Source of the DNA: Patescibacteria group bacterium
GTDB taxonomy: Bacteria > Patescibacteriota > Patescibacteriia > PEXW01
Direction of reading: 5' to 3'
NCBI GenBank assembly: GCA_041671325.1
Contig: JBAZBR010000001.1
Coordinates: 89,771-153,770 of the forward strand
DNA length: 64,000 nt
In this document: positions 30,590 through 39,901 of the stretch, piece after piece
How positions within the stretch are numbered: the first letter of the stretch is position 1
How the letters are laid out: each line of letters opens with the position of its first letter
Notes under the pieces: generated by a model
Databases searched by the model: none
The model's input: the letters and a program-made list of their open reading frames with translations, nothing else
What the model was told of the DNA's origin: nothing
Position numbers and translations under genes: made by a program

Positions 30590-31135
30590 ATGCCAAAACA
30601 AACAGTCCAATATGGCCGTAAATGGTATGTCTTGCACACCTATTCTGGCTATGAGGAAAATGTCTCCAGGAATTTAAGGCAAAGAATCGAATCCATGGAC
30701 ATGCAAGACAAGATTTTTAACGTCCTCATTCCAACCGAGAACAAGATCAAGATCAAGAACGGCAAGCGCCGGGTCGTCACCGAAAAGATTTTTCCTGGTT
30801 ATGTTTTGGTGGAAATGATCGTTACGGATGATTCTTGGTATGTTATCCGTAATACCCCCAATGTCACTGGTTTTGTCGGCACCGGCACTACGCCTACGCC
30901 AATATCAGATGAAGAGGTTAAGGAAATGCAAAGGCGCATGGGTGTGGCTGAACCGAAATTCAAGATTGATGTAATGGTTGGCACACCAGTTAAGATCACT
31001 GATGGTCCATTCAAGGAATTTGAAGGCAAGGTTGCCGAAATTGACGAAGCTCGTGGAAAAGTTAAAGTATTAGTCTCCATGTTTGGACGGGAAACACCGG
31101 TGGAACTAGACTTCTTGCAAATTAAGAAAATTTAA
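30590..31135 (+). CDS. nusG: Transcription factor NusG
   Basis: WYVLHTYSGYE, FPGYVLV and FGRETPVEL motifs. Confidence 0.97.
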   Translation: MPKQTVQYGRKWYVLHTYSGYEENVSRNLRQRIESMDMQDKIFNVLIPTENKIKIKNGKRRVVTEKIFPGYVLVEMIVTDDSWYVIRNTPNVTGFVGTGTTPTPISDEEVKEMQRRMGVAEPKFKIDVMVGTPVKITDGPFKEFEGKVAEIDEARGKVKVLVSMFGRETPVELDFLQIKKI

Positions 31136-31137
31136 AG

Positions 31138-31254
31138 TTACGAAATACGAAAAAAGATACGAATTTACGAATTACGAATTCGTAAATTCCAACCCAAAAC
31201 TTAGTCTTATAATTCGTATTTTGTACATTCGTAAAATTCGTTCGTAATTCGTAA
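31138..31254. repeat. Short TACGAA repeats followed by inverted TTCGTA repeats
   Basis: Five TACGAA units, then five TTCGTA units, filling the nusG-rplK spacer. Confidence 0.8.
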
Positions 31255-31262
31255 ATAATATT

Positions 31263-31688
31263 ATGGCTAAAAAAATTAAGACAGTCGTTAAACTCCAAAT
31301 TACTGGCGGCCAGGCTAATCCAGCGCCTCCAGTCGGTACGGCTTTAGGGCCCCATGGTTTGAATTTGGCTGAGTTCTGCAAAAAATTCAATGAAGCTACC
31401 AAAGACCGGATGGGCGAAGTTACTCCGGCGGAAATTACAATTTATGAAGATCGGACTTATGAATTTATCCTTAAAACTCCGCCAGCCGCGGAATTGCTGA
31501 AAAAAGCCGCTAAGATTGAAAAGGGCTCAGGCAAGCCTTTGCAGGAAAAAGTCGGCAAAGTGACGAAAGCGCAAATTAAGGAAATTGCGGAAAAGAAAAT
31601 GCCAGATTTGAATGCTAAAGACTTGGCGGGCGCCATGCGAATTGTCGAAGGCACTGCCCGCAATATGGGTATCACTATTGAAAAATAA
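31263..31688 (+). CDS. rplK: 50S ribosomal protein L11
   Basis: [18 protein letters not shown] and GTARNMG motifs. Confidence 0.98.
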   Translation: MAKKIKTVVKLQITGGQANPAPPVGTALGPHGLNLAEFCKKFNEATKDRMGEVTPAEITIYEDRTYEFILKTPPAAELLKKAAKIEKGSGKPLQEKVGKVTKAQIKEIAEKKMPDLNAKDLAGAMRIVEGTARNMGITIEK

Positions 31689-31692
31689 AGAT

Positions 31693-32568
31693 ATGCAACA
31701 ACCCCCCAGTACAATTCGAAGCATTTATTTCTACTTAGTCTCATTAATTGCTTTAGGTTTTATAGTGGGGTCCAGTGTTTATCTTTTGAATTACGCGGCT
31801 AAAGCAGGCGTTTTCAAGAATGCAGATTTTACTTATCGGGGCACACCTCCAGGAATTTTTGCAGTTTCGCCAAAGATTGACTCGGCTAGCCCTGCTTTTG
31901 CTGTCACTTGCCAAGACAAATGTTCACTCACTGACTCAGACCGGCTTAGCATTTCTGACTGGCAGCAAAATTATAAAGCTTGGCGTGAACAGCCTTCAGC
32001 CAAGACCAACCGGGCTAGGGGATTAGTGAACGCCTTATCCTTTCTGGTTGTTGCCTTGCCGATTTTTTTCTTTCATTTTCGGACCGCCCAAAAAGATTAT
32101 AAACAGGCAAATGATTCGGCAAATGGCGAATCCGTAAGCCGGGGTTCAAAGACCTTGCGTTCGATATATTTTTATCTGGTTGCTTTAGCGGCGGTGGTAA
32201 TGTTCATAATTTCCGCAGGTGTGACAATCAATACGGTTTTGAAAACCTGGGTCGTTAAAGATGCAAATACTAAATCCTCAGCAAGTACGCCGGTCAAATT
32301 GCCTGGAACGCCAGCAACTACCGATACCCAGGGCGTCAGTTCATTGTTGGCCTGCGCGGATAAATGCAGTCTTTCAGCCGAAGTCAAACAGGAATTACAA
32401 AATTGGCAAACGGATTATACCCAAGCCCAAACCGAGCTTGATAACCAAAACAAGAATGATTGGCAAAGGACCTTAGCCACTTCAATGCCTTTCCTTTTAG
32501 TCAGTATTCCATTATTCTGGTTGCACTGGCTGGTCATTCAAAAAGACCGGAAAAAACAAATAAGTTAA
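31693..32568 (+). CDS. Membrane protein with two DUF5671-like repeats
   Basis: Internal duplication RSIYFYLV...C.DKCSL...WQ..Y...P.F..H; ATG at 31693. Confidence 0.75.
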   Translation: MQQPPSTIRSIYFYLVSLIALGFIVGSSVYLLNYAAKAGVFKNADFTYRGTPPGIFAVSPKIDSASPAFAVTCQDKCSLTDSDRLSISDWQQNYKAWREQPSAKTNRARGLVNALSFLVVALPIFFFHFRTAQKDYKQANDSANGESVSRGSKTLRSIYFYLVALAAVVMFIISAGVTINTVLKTWVVKDANTKSSASTPVKLPGTPATTDTQGVSSLLACADKCSLSAEVKQELQNWQTDYTQAQTELDNQNKNDWQRTLATSMPFLLVSIPLFWLHWLVIQKDRKKQIS

Positions 32569-32585
32569 ATTTTAATCATTAATTA

Positions 32586-32641
32586 GGCGGGAGAGTCGTT
32601 AGTCACGATTCGCAATCCCTTTATCAAGGGGGCCACCGCGG
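32586..32641 (+). promoter_or_regulatory. Putative L1-binding autoregulatory leader
   Basis: GCGG-GAG...A-CCGC closing two hairpins just upstream of rplA, resembling the GUGGGAG...ACCAC L1 site. Confidence 0.55.
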
Positions 32642-32652
32642 AAATTAAACCT

Positions 32653-33336
32653 ATGATAAAACGTTCAAAGCGTTATAAAGAAGCTGCCAAGCTTATTGAT
32701 AAGAGCAAGTCTTATCCTTTAGCCGAAGCAGTGGCTTTAGCAAAAAAGACTGCAAACACCAAGTTTGTGGGCAGTTTGGAATTGCACTTGAAATTGGGCA
32801 TTGATCCCAAGAAGGCCGAACAGTTAGTCAGGGGCTCGGTGAATTTGCCGCATGGCACGGGCAAGTCCAAGAAAGTCGTGGTTTTTGCGACTGGCCCAGC
32901 CGCCACTGCCGCGGAAAAAGCCGGAGCTGCCAGGGTCGGCGGCGAAGAGCTGATTAAAGAAATCAGGGAAAAGGGCGGCTTGGATGCGGATGTGGTTGTG
33001 GCCACGCCAGACATGATGAAGCATTTAAGCACGGTGGCTAAAATTTTGGGTCCCAGGGGCTTGATGCCAAACCCAAAAAATGAGACCATCACGCCTGATG
33101 TGGCTAAAGCTGTGAAGGAATTATCAGGCGGCAAGGTGACCTTTAGGAACGATGAATCCGGCAATTTGCACCAAGTCATTGGCAAACAGGGATTTGAAGA
33201 CAAAGCCTTGGTTGAGAATGCGGAAAGTTATTTAGAGGCGGTCAAAAGGGTAAAACCGGCAGCAATTAAAGGCACTTATATCCAATCTTTGACCCTGAGT
33301 TCTTCCATGGGGCCGGGGATTAAAGTTCAAATCTAA
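32653..33336 (+). CDS. rplA: 50S ribosomal protein L1
   Basis: VRGSVNLPHGTGK, LGPRGLMPNPK and SSMGPG motifs. Confidence 0.98.
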   Translation: MIKRSKRYKEAAKLIDKSKSYPLAEAVALAKKTANTKFVGSLELHLKLGIDPKKAEQLVRGSVNLPHGTGKSKKVVVFATGPAATAAEKAGAARVGGEELIKEIREKGGLDADVVVATPDMMKHLSTVAKILGPRGLMPNPKNETITPDVAKAVKELSGGKVTFRNDESGNLHQVIGKQGFEDKALVENAESYLEAVKRVKPAAIKGTYIQSLTLSSSMGPGIKVQI

Positions 33337-33348
33337 CCGTTCAAAACC

Positions 33349-33828
33349 ATGAATAAAAGAGAAAATTATTTATCTTGGGATGAGTGTTTCATGTTAATGG
33401 CGGAATTGATCGCCCAGCGCTCCAAAGACCCCAATACCCAGGCTGGCTCGGTTATCGTCAATGAAAATAATATCATAGTTGGTTTGGGTTATAACGGTTT
33501 TCCACGCAGTACCAGCGATGATGAATTGCCTTGGGCCAGGGAAGGGGATTTTTTAGAGACGAAATATGCTTACGTGGTCCATGCTGAAGAAAATGCCATT
33601 TATAACGCCAATAAATCGACCCATGGCTGCAAAATGTACGCCACGCTTTTCCCTTGCAATGAATGCGTTAAAGCCATAATCCAAAACGGCATTAAGGAAG
33701 TGATTTTTGCTTCAGATAAATATCATGATGAAAACATCTGGATTGCAGCCAGGAAAATGCTGGATATGGCTGGAGTGAAATACCGCCAATATACCCCTCA
33801 AAATAAATTAAAACTTGAAAAGTCATGA
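33349..33828 (+). CDS. dCMP deaminase
   Basis: RSKDP, GYNGFP, VHAEENAI and FPCNEC motifs. Confidence 0.93.
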   Translation: MNKRENYLSWDECFMLMAELIAQRSKDPNTQAGSVIVNENNIIVGLGYNGFPRSTSDDELPWAREGDFLETKYAYVVHAEENAIYNANKSTHGCKMYATLFPCNECVKAIIQNGIKEVIFASDKYHDENIWIAARKMLDMAGVKYRQYTPQNKLKLEKS

Positions 33829-34385
33829 TAATTGGTTTGACTGGCCTGCTAGGCGCAGGCAAAGGCACGGCAACCGAATATATCGCGAAGAAGTATGGAG
33901 CGGTGACCAAGAAGTTTTCAGATCCGATCCGGGATATCATTAAGCGCTTGTACCAGCCCATTACCCGCGAACACATGCAAAGCTTGGGCAAGTATTTGCG
34001 TTCAGAATTTAATAATAATAATATTTTTGCGGAAACCCTGCTTAATGATGTCAGCCAGTCTGACCAGAAACTTATCGTCTTGGAAGGTTTTCGCCATAAA
34101 GATGAATACCAGCTTTTTCGAAAACGTGATGATTTTATTTTTGTGGCTGTGGAAGCCAGCTTGGAAAAGCGCTTTGAAAGAGTCAAACTACGTCCGGAAA
34201 ACGTTGGCGACCAAAATTTAACTTTGGAGCATTTCAAGCTCCAGCATGAATTTGAAACTGAGCAGGCAATTCCCAGCCTGATTACGCTGGCAGATTTCCG
34301 TTTGGACAATAACGGCACCCCGGAAGAATTAATTAAACAAATTGATGAATTAATGAAAAAACTTGGCCATGAAATTCAAAGTTAA
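33825..34385 (+). CDS. P-loop nucleotide kinase (dNMP kinase/dephospho-CoA kinase-like)
   Basis: IIGLTGLLGAGKGT, EGFRH..E; located between the deaminase and dut. Confidence 0.8.
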   Translation: MIIGLTGLLGAGKGTATEYIAKKYGAVTKKFSDPIRDIIKRLYQPITREHMQSLGKYLRSEFNNNNIFAETLLNDVSQSDQKLIVLEGFRHKDEYQLFRKRDDFIFVAVEASLEKRFERVKLRPENVGDQNLTLEHFKLQHEFETEQAIPSLITLADFRLDNNGTPEELIKQIDELMKKLGHEIQS

Positions 34386-34791
34386 GATTTTAAATCCAGA
34401 AGCACTACCGCCTAAATATGCGCATGAAGGTGATGCGGGTTTGGATGTTTTTTCTTGCGAAGATCATGTTTTGCAGCCTGGGGAAAGGTATTTGTTTAAG
34501 CTTGGATTTAGCGCGGAATTTGAACCAGGTTATGTATGTCTGGTCTGGGATCGGTCAGGCTTGGCCGCTAAGCAAGGACTGACCAACCTGGCTGGGGTAA
34601 TTGACGCCAGCTATCGTGGTGAATATGGCATAGTGGTATTAAACACCTCCCAAGAAGCAGTAGAAATAAAAAAAGGGGAGAGGATTGCCCAAATGTTAAT
34701 TCAACCCGTCCAAAGCGTTCAAGTTGAAGTGGTGCAGGAATTATCAGACTCCCAAAGAAGCCAAGGCGGTTTTGGAAGCACGGGGAAGTAA
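34369..34791 (+). CDS. dut: dUTP diphosphatase
   Basis: AGLD, RSGLA, GVIDASYRGE, RIAQ and GGFGSTG motifs. Confidence 0.96.
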   Translation: MKFKVKILNPEALPPKYAHEGDAGLDVFSCEDHVLQPGERYLFKLGFSAEFEPGYVCLVWDRSGLAAKQGLTNLAGVIDASYRGEYGIVVLNTSQEAVEIKKGERIAQMLIQPVQSVQVEVVQELSDSQRSQGGFGSTGK

Positions 34792-34796
34792 TCATC

Positions 34797-34843
34797 TGTC
34801 ATTGCGAGCGACCCCGCGGCCGCGGGGGAGCGCGGCAATCTCC
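34797..34843. repeat. Left half of the GTCATTGCGAG palindromic element
   Basis: TGTCATTGCGAGCGAC...GGAGCGCGGCAATCTCC, nearly identical to 800-842. Confidence 0.75.
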
Positions 34844-34996
34844 TAATCTGTTTATATTTATAAAGACCCCTCACCCCTTCGGGGTTCAGGATGGGCATAT
34901 TTGGTTTTGACTTTTTTCTCGGGTTAAATTAAGGTGGAAGCAGCAAATTTTTAGATGGTCGTTTGAAAACCTAAGCCTTTTTCAAGGAGAAGAGTA

Positions 34997-35896
34997 ATGA
35001 CAGCCGCGGAAATTGGGTTTCGGAAGCGTTTAGCCGCTCAACAGATAAGCAAGGAAACTTTAGTTTGTGTTGGTTTGGATCCTATGCCGGAAAAATTGCC
35101 TGTTTGTTTTTCAACTTCATCCAATCAATTATTAGCGCAGAAGGTAGCTACCTGGATGAAGGATATTGTTTTTGTTACAGCGCATTTTGGTTGCATGTTC
35201 AAGCTGCAAAGCGCGCACTGGGAAGCCATTCCCGGGGGACGCGAAGCCATGCAAGAAGTAATTCAATTTATCAAAAAAGAATTTCCCTATATGCCTGTGT
35301 TTTTGGATTGTAAGCGGGGAGATATCGGTCGAACCCAAGAGCGATATCGAGTGGCGCATTTTAATCTAGATGGTGTTGATGGCATGAACTTTTCGCCCTA
35401 TATGGGCAAAGACTGCATGGAGTTCTTGGTCGACAAGAGCTATCCAGGCCGGGCGATTGTTGGCCTATGCTACACCAGCAATCCTTCAGCCCGGGAAGTG
35501 CAGAATTTGCTTATTGACAACCGTATGCCGTTGTGGGAAGTCATCGCTATCATGACTTTTCAATGGGCCAAAGATCTTGGCATTCTTGAAAACGCCGGTC
35601 TGGTCATGGCCGCGGCTTATGAAGAGCCCAAAGGCTCTGGGCACATTTACGACAGGCACTTGATTCGTTGCCGGGAGATAGTTGGCGACAAGCTCTGGTT
35701 CCTGATTCCAGGCATTGGTAACCAAGGCGGGTTCATTGAACAAACAGTCAAAGCTGCTTATATAGGTCCAGGTTCAATTGCAATCAACTCTTCTTCGGAT
35801 ATAATCTTTGCCAGTACTGGCGAAGATTATGCCCAGGCCGCGGTTAATAAAGCCAAAGCCTTGCGTGACGCAATACGGGCAACGATGCCTAAATGA
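34997..35896 (+). CDS. pyrF: Orotidine-5'-phosphate decarboxylase
   Basis: VCVGLDP, FLDCKRGDIGRT (DxKxxDI), LIPGIG and INSS motifs. Confidence 0.92.
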   Translation: MTAAEIGFRKRLAAQQISKETLVCVGLDPMPEKLPVCFSTSSNQLLAQKVATWMKDIVFVTAHFGCMFKLQSAHWEAIPGGREAMQEVIQFIKKEFPYMPVFLDCKRGDIGRTQERYRVAHFNLDGVDGMNFSPYMGKDCMEFLVDKSYPGRAIVGLCYTSNPSAREVQNLLIDNRMPLWEVIAIMTFQWAKDLGILENAGLVMAAAYEEPKGSGHIYDRHLIRCREIVGDKLWFLIPGIGNQGGFIEQTVKAAYIGPGSIAINSSSDIIFASTGEDYAQAAVNKAKALRDAIRATMPK

Positions 35897-35944
35897 AAAT
35901 CACCGAAGAAATATCGGCTGTTTTACAATAAAGGAGGCAATACC

Positions 35945-36727
35945 GTGAAATGTGACGTTTGTAAGGGAAAAGGCCAGAAATATGTCGTTGACAGAGTTGT
36001 CCAAGGACAAGATTACGGTCCATCAACAGAAGGGCACCATGAGAGATGCTGGAAGTGCAATGGCGAAGGAGAGATCCCACCGTTCACCATGAACGAACAA
36101 GAAGTTCTGGAAGTTCTTGGTAAAGTTGCGGCGGTAATTACCAACAGCCACATTGTCTATACCTCTGGCAAACACGGCTCGGTTTATGTTAACAAGGATG
36201 CGATATATCCGCATACTAAGGAAACATCAAAGTTATGCCGTGCAATTGCCCAACAGTTTACTGACAAAGGCGTGGAGTTGGTGATCTCTCCAGCAGTCGG
36301 CGGCGTCATCCTTTCGCAATGGACGGCGTATCACCTCACCATGTTGACAGGAACTGAAGTCATGGGCGTGTATGCCGATAAAGCCAGCGAAAGCGATGAT
36401 TTTATCATCAAACGCGGATATGACAAGCTGATTGCCGGCAAGCGAGTGCTGGTGGTAGAAGATGTTTTAACCACCGGCGGCTCCGTGAAAAGAGTCGTAG
36501 AAGCAGTTCGTGCCTTCGGCGGAAATGTCATCGGGGTTGGCGCGCTGTGCAACCGCGGCGGTATTATGCTAAAGGACATTGGTAATGTGCCAGAGCTTTA
36601 CGCCCTGGTTAACGTTAATCTTGAAGCCTGGGACGAGGCAGATTGTCCGCTTTGTAAACAAGGTGTGCCCATCAGTACCGATGTCGGCAAAGGCAGGGAA
36701 TTCCTTGCCCGGAAACAAGTTCCTTAA
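35945..36727 (+). CDS. pyrE: Orotate phosphoribosyltransferase with N-terminal CxxCxGxG zinc finger
   Basis: TSGKHGSVY and LVVEDVLTTGGS PRPP motifs; follows pyrF; AAAGGAGG SD before GTG. Confidence 0.85.
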   Translation: MKCDVCKGKGQKYVVDRVVQGQDYGPSTEGHHERCWKCNGEGEIPPFTMNEQEVLEVLGKVAAVITNSHIVYTSGKHGSVYVNKDAIYPHTKETSKLCRAIAQQFTDKGVELVISPAVGGVILSQWTAYHLTMLTGTEVMGVYADKASESDDFIIKRGYDKLIAGKRVLVVEDVLTTGGSVKRVVEAVRAFGGNVIGVGALCNRGGIMLKDIGNVPELYALVNVNLEAWDEADCPLCKQGVPISTDVGKGREFLARKQVP

Positions 36728-36826
36728 GCTTTCGATCGCTAAAAAGCGGCTAGGTCTGAAATATTGACCCAGGCCGCTTTTTTATTGTCTTGCCAGCTTT
36801 CTTATAGTTTAGTAAAGTATGCGCAC

Positions 36827-38407
36827 ATGGGCAGCATAGAAACTAATGATCGAGAGATATTTGCCATAACTGGCTTGGCGCCAGAAGTGCTGGCCGTGGG
36901 CATGGCCAAATATTCCCGCTCCCAAGCTTCCATCAAGGAAACCATTGCGGAATTGACCGAAGAAAAATCCGCGGAATTCCACGAGAAGTGGGTTTTGGGT
37001 TATGGCGACGCTTCCGTGGCTGATATGGCCGTGGTGGCTTTGGCTTGTGAAAATGTCTCAATTTTGGCCAGCAAAGCCATTGAAGACCATCGCTTGGCTT
37101 CTTATCAGGAGAAATCCACACGTTATGTTTCTTTTGAACGCCAAGCTTTACCTGATGGCACCAAATTGCCCAGGCGCTATTACCGGCCAGTGCCAATCAT
37201 GTCGTCGGTTCACACTGGGCTATATGAAGATACTTGCGAGAAAATGTTTGATGCCTATAACGACCTGACTGACTTGATGCAGGAGTTTTATAAAAATAAA
37301 TATCCGCTTATAGCTGACATGACGGAAAAAGGTTATACAGCCAAACTCAAGGCTCGGTCTTTGGATATTGCCCGCTATGTTTTGCCAGCTTCCACTTTAA
37401 CAAATCTTGGCTGGATAACTTCTGCTAGGAGTTTGCGTCGGGCAATTTTTAAAATGAAGCAGAATGATTTGGATGAAATCCGACAAATCGCCCATGAAGT
37501 GGAAGAGGCAGCCACTGAACCAGCACATAATCCCCAAGCTTTGAAAGTCGATGAATTTTTAAAAGAAGGCGAACAAAACCCAGATCCAAAAATCCAGGAG
37601 CTCATGGCCAAAATTCGCGCTTCGATAAATTTGCAAGTCAAAGGTGCGCCAACTCTGATTAAGTACACAGATCCCACGCCTTACAATCGGGAAGCCCGTC
37701 ATCGGATGCAAGAACTGGCAATTAAATATCTGGGTGATTTGCACGTTTTGGCAGATGAAGCGCGAGTCAAATTCCACCCCAGCCAAAATTTGGAAATTGA
37801 CCTGGCTACCACATTGCTTTATGAAGTGACGCATTTTTCTTTTGGCCAAATTAGAGAAGTGATTGAAAGCTTGAGTCCAGCCGAACGCCAAGAAATTATT
37901 GAAGCCGCTACCACTGATCGGGGCGACCATGACGTGGTGGGCCGGGCTTTTGAAGCCGGCGGTTTGATTTTTGACACCCTAATGGACTTTGGCGCTTTCC
38001 GGGACTTGCAAAGGCATAGAATCTGTACGCAAATCCACCAGCCCTTAACCCTAGAACACGGCTTTGAATCACCGCCTATGCCTATGGGCTTGGAAGAAGC
38101 AGGGGGATTAGATATTTTTGAAACTATTTGCCAGCAAGTTGCTGCCAGTTATCGGATTTTGTCCGCGGATTTTCCCCAAGAGGCCAGTTATATCTTGCCT
38201 TTGGCTACTAAAAAGCGAACGTTATTTTTCATGAATCCTAGGGAATTAACGCATATGGTTGAATTACGTTCACGTTCTGGCGGTCACTTGTCTTACCGAT
38301 ACATTGTCGAAGAAATGTATAATCAGGTTAAAGCGATTTATCCGAACTTGGCCAAGCACATCCGCATTTCGGAAATTGATTTTGCAAAAGATTTTTACAA
38401 GCGGTAA
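36827..38407 (+). CDS. thyX: FAD-dependent thymidylate synthase, long two-domain form
   Basis: KYSRS, QEKSTRY, ARYVLP, RDLQRHR and ELRS motifs; ATG 36827 preferred. Confidence 0.85.
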   Translation: MGSIETNDREIFAITGLAPEVLAVGMAKYSRSQASIKETIAELTEEKSAEFHEKWVLGYGDASVADMAVVALACENVSILASKAIEDHRLASYQEKSTRYVSFERQALPDGTKLPRRYYRPVPIMSSVHTGLYEDTCEKMFDAYNDLTDLMQEFYKNKYPLIADMTEKGYTAKLKARSLDIARYVLPASTLTNLGWITSARSLRRAIFKMKQNDLDEIRQIAHEVEEAATEPAHNPQALKVDEFLKEGEQNPDPKIQELMAKIRASINLQVKGAPTLIKYTDPTPYNREARHRMQELAIKYLGDLHVLADEARVKFHPSQNLEIDLATTLLYEVTHFSFGQIREVIESLSPAERQEIIEAATTDRGDHDVVGRAFEAGGLIFDTLMDFGAFRDLQRHRICTQIHQPLTLEHGFESPPMPMGLEEAGGLDIFETICQQVAASYRILSADFPQEASYILPLATKKRTLFFMNPRELTHMVELRSRSGGHLSYRYIVEEMYNQVKAIYPNLAKHIRISEIDFAKDFYKR

Positions 38408-38476
38408 TTATTAATTTAAACATCAAAAACCCCCGATCGAAACCGAGGGTTTTTTTAGAAATGTGCGGGCAATTGT

Positions 38477-39064
38477 TTAGCCCAGAAGCTTGCCAATGCC
38501 ATAAGCGCCAAAAAAGTACAAGCAGACCCAGATAGCATGGCCGAGTAAAGCGTAAACGGTAAAAAGCACGGTTGTGGGTTTTTCCCTAAACCCGGCACGA
38601 TAATTGATATAACCAAGTCCGCCGGATTTCCAAAAGCGGCTGGTAAAAATCAGGAGGCCTTTTGACTTGGCTTGATTAAATCTGTCTCTGGCGGCCTCAA
38701 AGCCATTATTTCCAACGACGAAATTTGGTGTTTTTAGATTTCGGCCTAAGTAATAGGCAAAAAGAGATCCAGCGGTGGTTGCTATGACCAATATGGCAAA
38801 ATTCGGAATGCCATAAGTCGGCGAAATGATCCAAGCAAAACCCAGCAAGATCGGCGCGGGATTGGTTGGAACACCGGGAATTAAATTGCCGATTACGGCC
38901 AGAAGCATCAAAAACACAATGCCCCAGCCAGAAGCGGCGATTGTGGTTAAAGCATGCCGGAAATCAGGCCAAATAATAAGCAAGATTAGCCAAGGGATAT
39001 ACAGCCAAGAGCAGACCTTTGAGAATTTGTCCAAACCGCCCATATCCCGAGTGAAGAATTTCAT
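38477..39064 (-). CDS. VTT/DedA (SNARE-associated)-like membrane protein
   Basis: IPGVP...TAGSLFAYYLGR...FTSRF...INYRAG pattern; GGAGG SD. Confidence 0.7.
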   Translation of the reverse strand: MKFFTRDMGGLDKFSKVCSWLYIPWLILLIIWPDFRHALTTIAASGWGIVFLMLLAVIGNLIPGVPTNPAPILLGFAWIISPTYGIPNFAILVIATTAGSLFAYYLGRNLKTPNFVVGNNGFEAARDRFNQAKSKGLLIFTSRFWKSGGLGYINYRAGFREKPTTVLFTVYALLGHAIWVCLYFFGAYGIGKLLG

Positions 39065-39178
39065 GATTAACCTCCGTTTGTTTTGATAATTATTCAGTTT
39101 TCAAGTTTTTGGTTTTCGGATAAGATTAACATTTAAAGGAATTTTGTCAATACCTTAGGGGACTGATAAAATAGGAGT

Positions 39179-39901
39179 ATGAAAAAAGGCGTATTCATTA
39201 TAGTTGATGGTTTGGATGGGTCGGGCAAGGGCACGGCCGTGGATGCTTATGGCGAATGGGCGCAAAAGCAGGGTCTGAAAATCTTTGATTTGCGGGAATA
39301 TTCCAAAAAACACCATGCATTGCCGGAACCGGAAGAATTAAGGACATATCAGATAATATTGTCTGGGGAGCCGACTTATGATGGGATTGGCCGGGCGATT
39401 CGGGAAGAATTCGTGAAGGAAAACAACCGGGAATATTCAGCTAAAGCTACGGCCGAAGCTTTTAGCTTGGATAGGTTGGTTTTGTATACCAAAGTCATTT
39501 TGCCAGCCTTAGAAATGGGTAAAATGGTCATTCAAGAAAGAGGCTTGACTACCTCGATTTGTTACCAGCCAATCCAGGGCAATATTGCCTTGAAAGAACT
39601 TTTAAAGTTGGAAGGCAACCAATTTACCTTAAAGCATCGGCCAGATTTATTATTAATCGTAGTTTGTCCGCCCAAGACCTGCATCCAGCGCTTGCAAAAA
39701 AGGTTAGGCAAACAAGACCAGGCAATTTTTGAAAAACTGGATTTTCTAAAAAAAGCTGATAAGCGTTTTCGAAGTCCTTGGTTTGCGGATATTTTCAGAA
39801 AACAGGGGAGCGTGGTAGGGTATTTGGACACTAACGACACTGTAGAAGAAACCAAGAAAGAGGCAATCGGTTACATCAATGATTTTCTTAAAAGATTATG
39901 A
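39179..39901 (+). CDS. tmk: Thymidylate kinase
   Basis: DGLDGSGKGT, EPT, LDR, QERGLTTSICYQ and RPDL motifs. Confidence 0.88.
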   Translation: MKKGVFIIVDGLDGSGKGTAVDAYGEWAQKQGLKIFDLREYSKKHHALPEPEELRTYQIILSGEPTYDGIGRAIREEFVKENNREYSAKATAEAFSLDRLVLYTKVILPALEMGKMVIQERGLTTSICYQPIQGNIALKELLKLEGNQFTLKHRPDLLLIVVCPPKTCIQRLQKRLGKQDQAIFEKLDFLKKADKRFRSPWFADIFRKQGSVVGYLDTNDTVEETKKEAIGYINDFLKRL

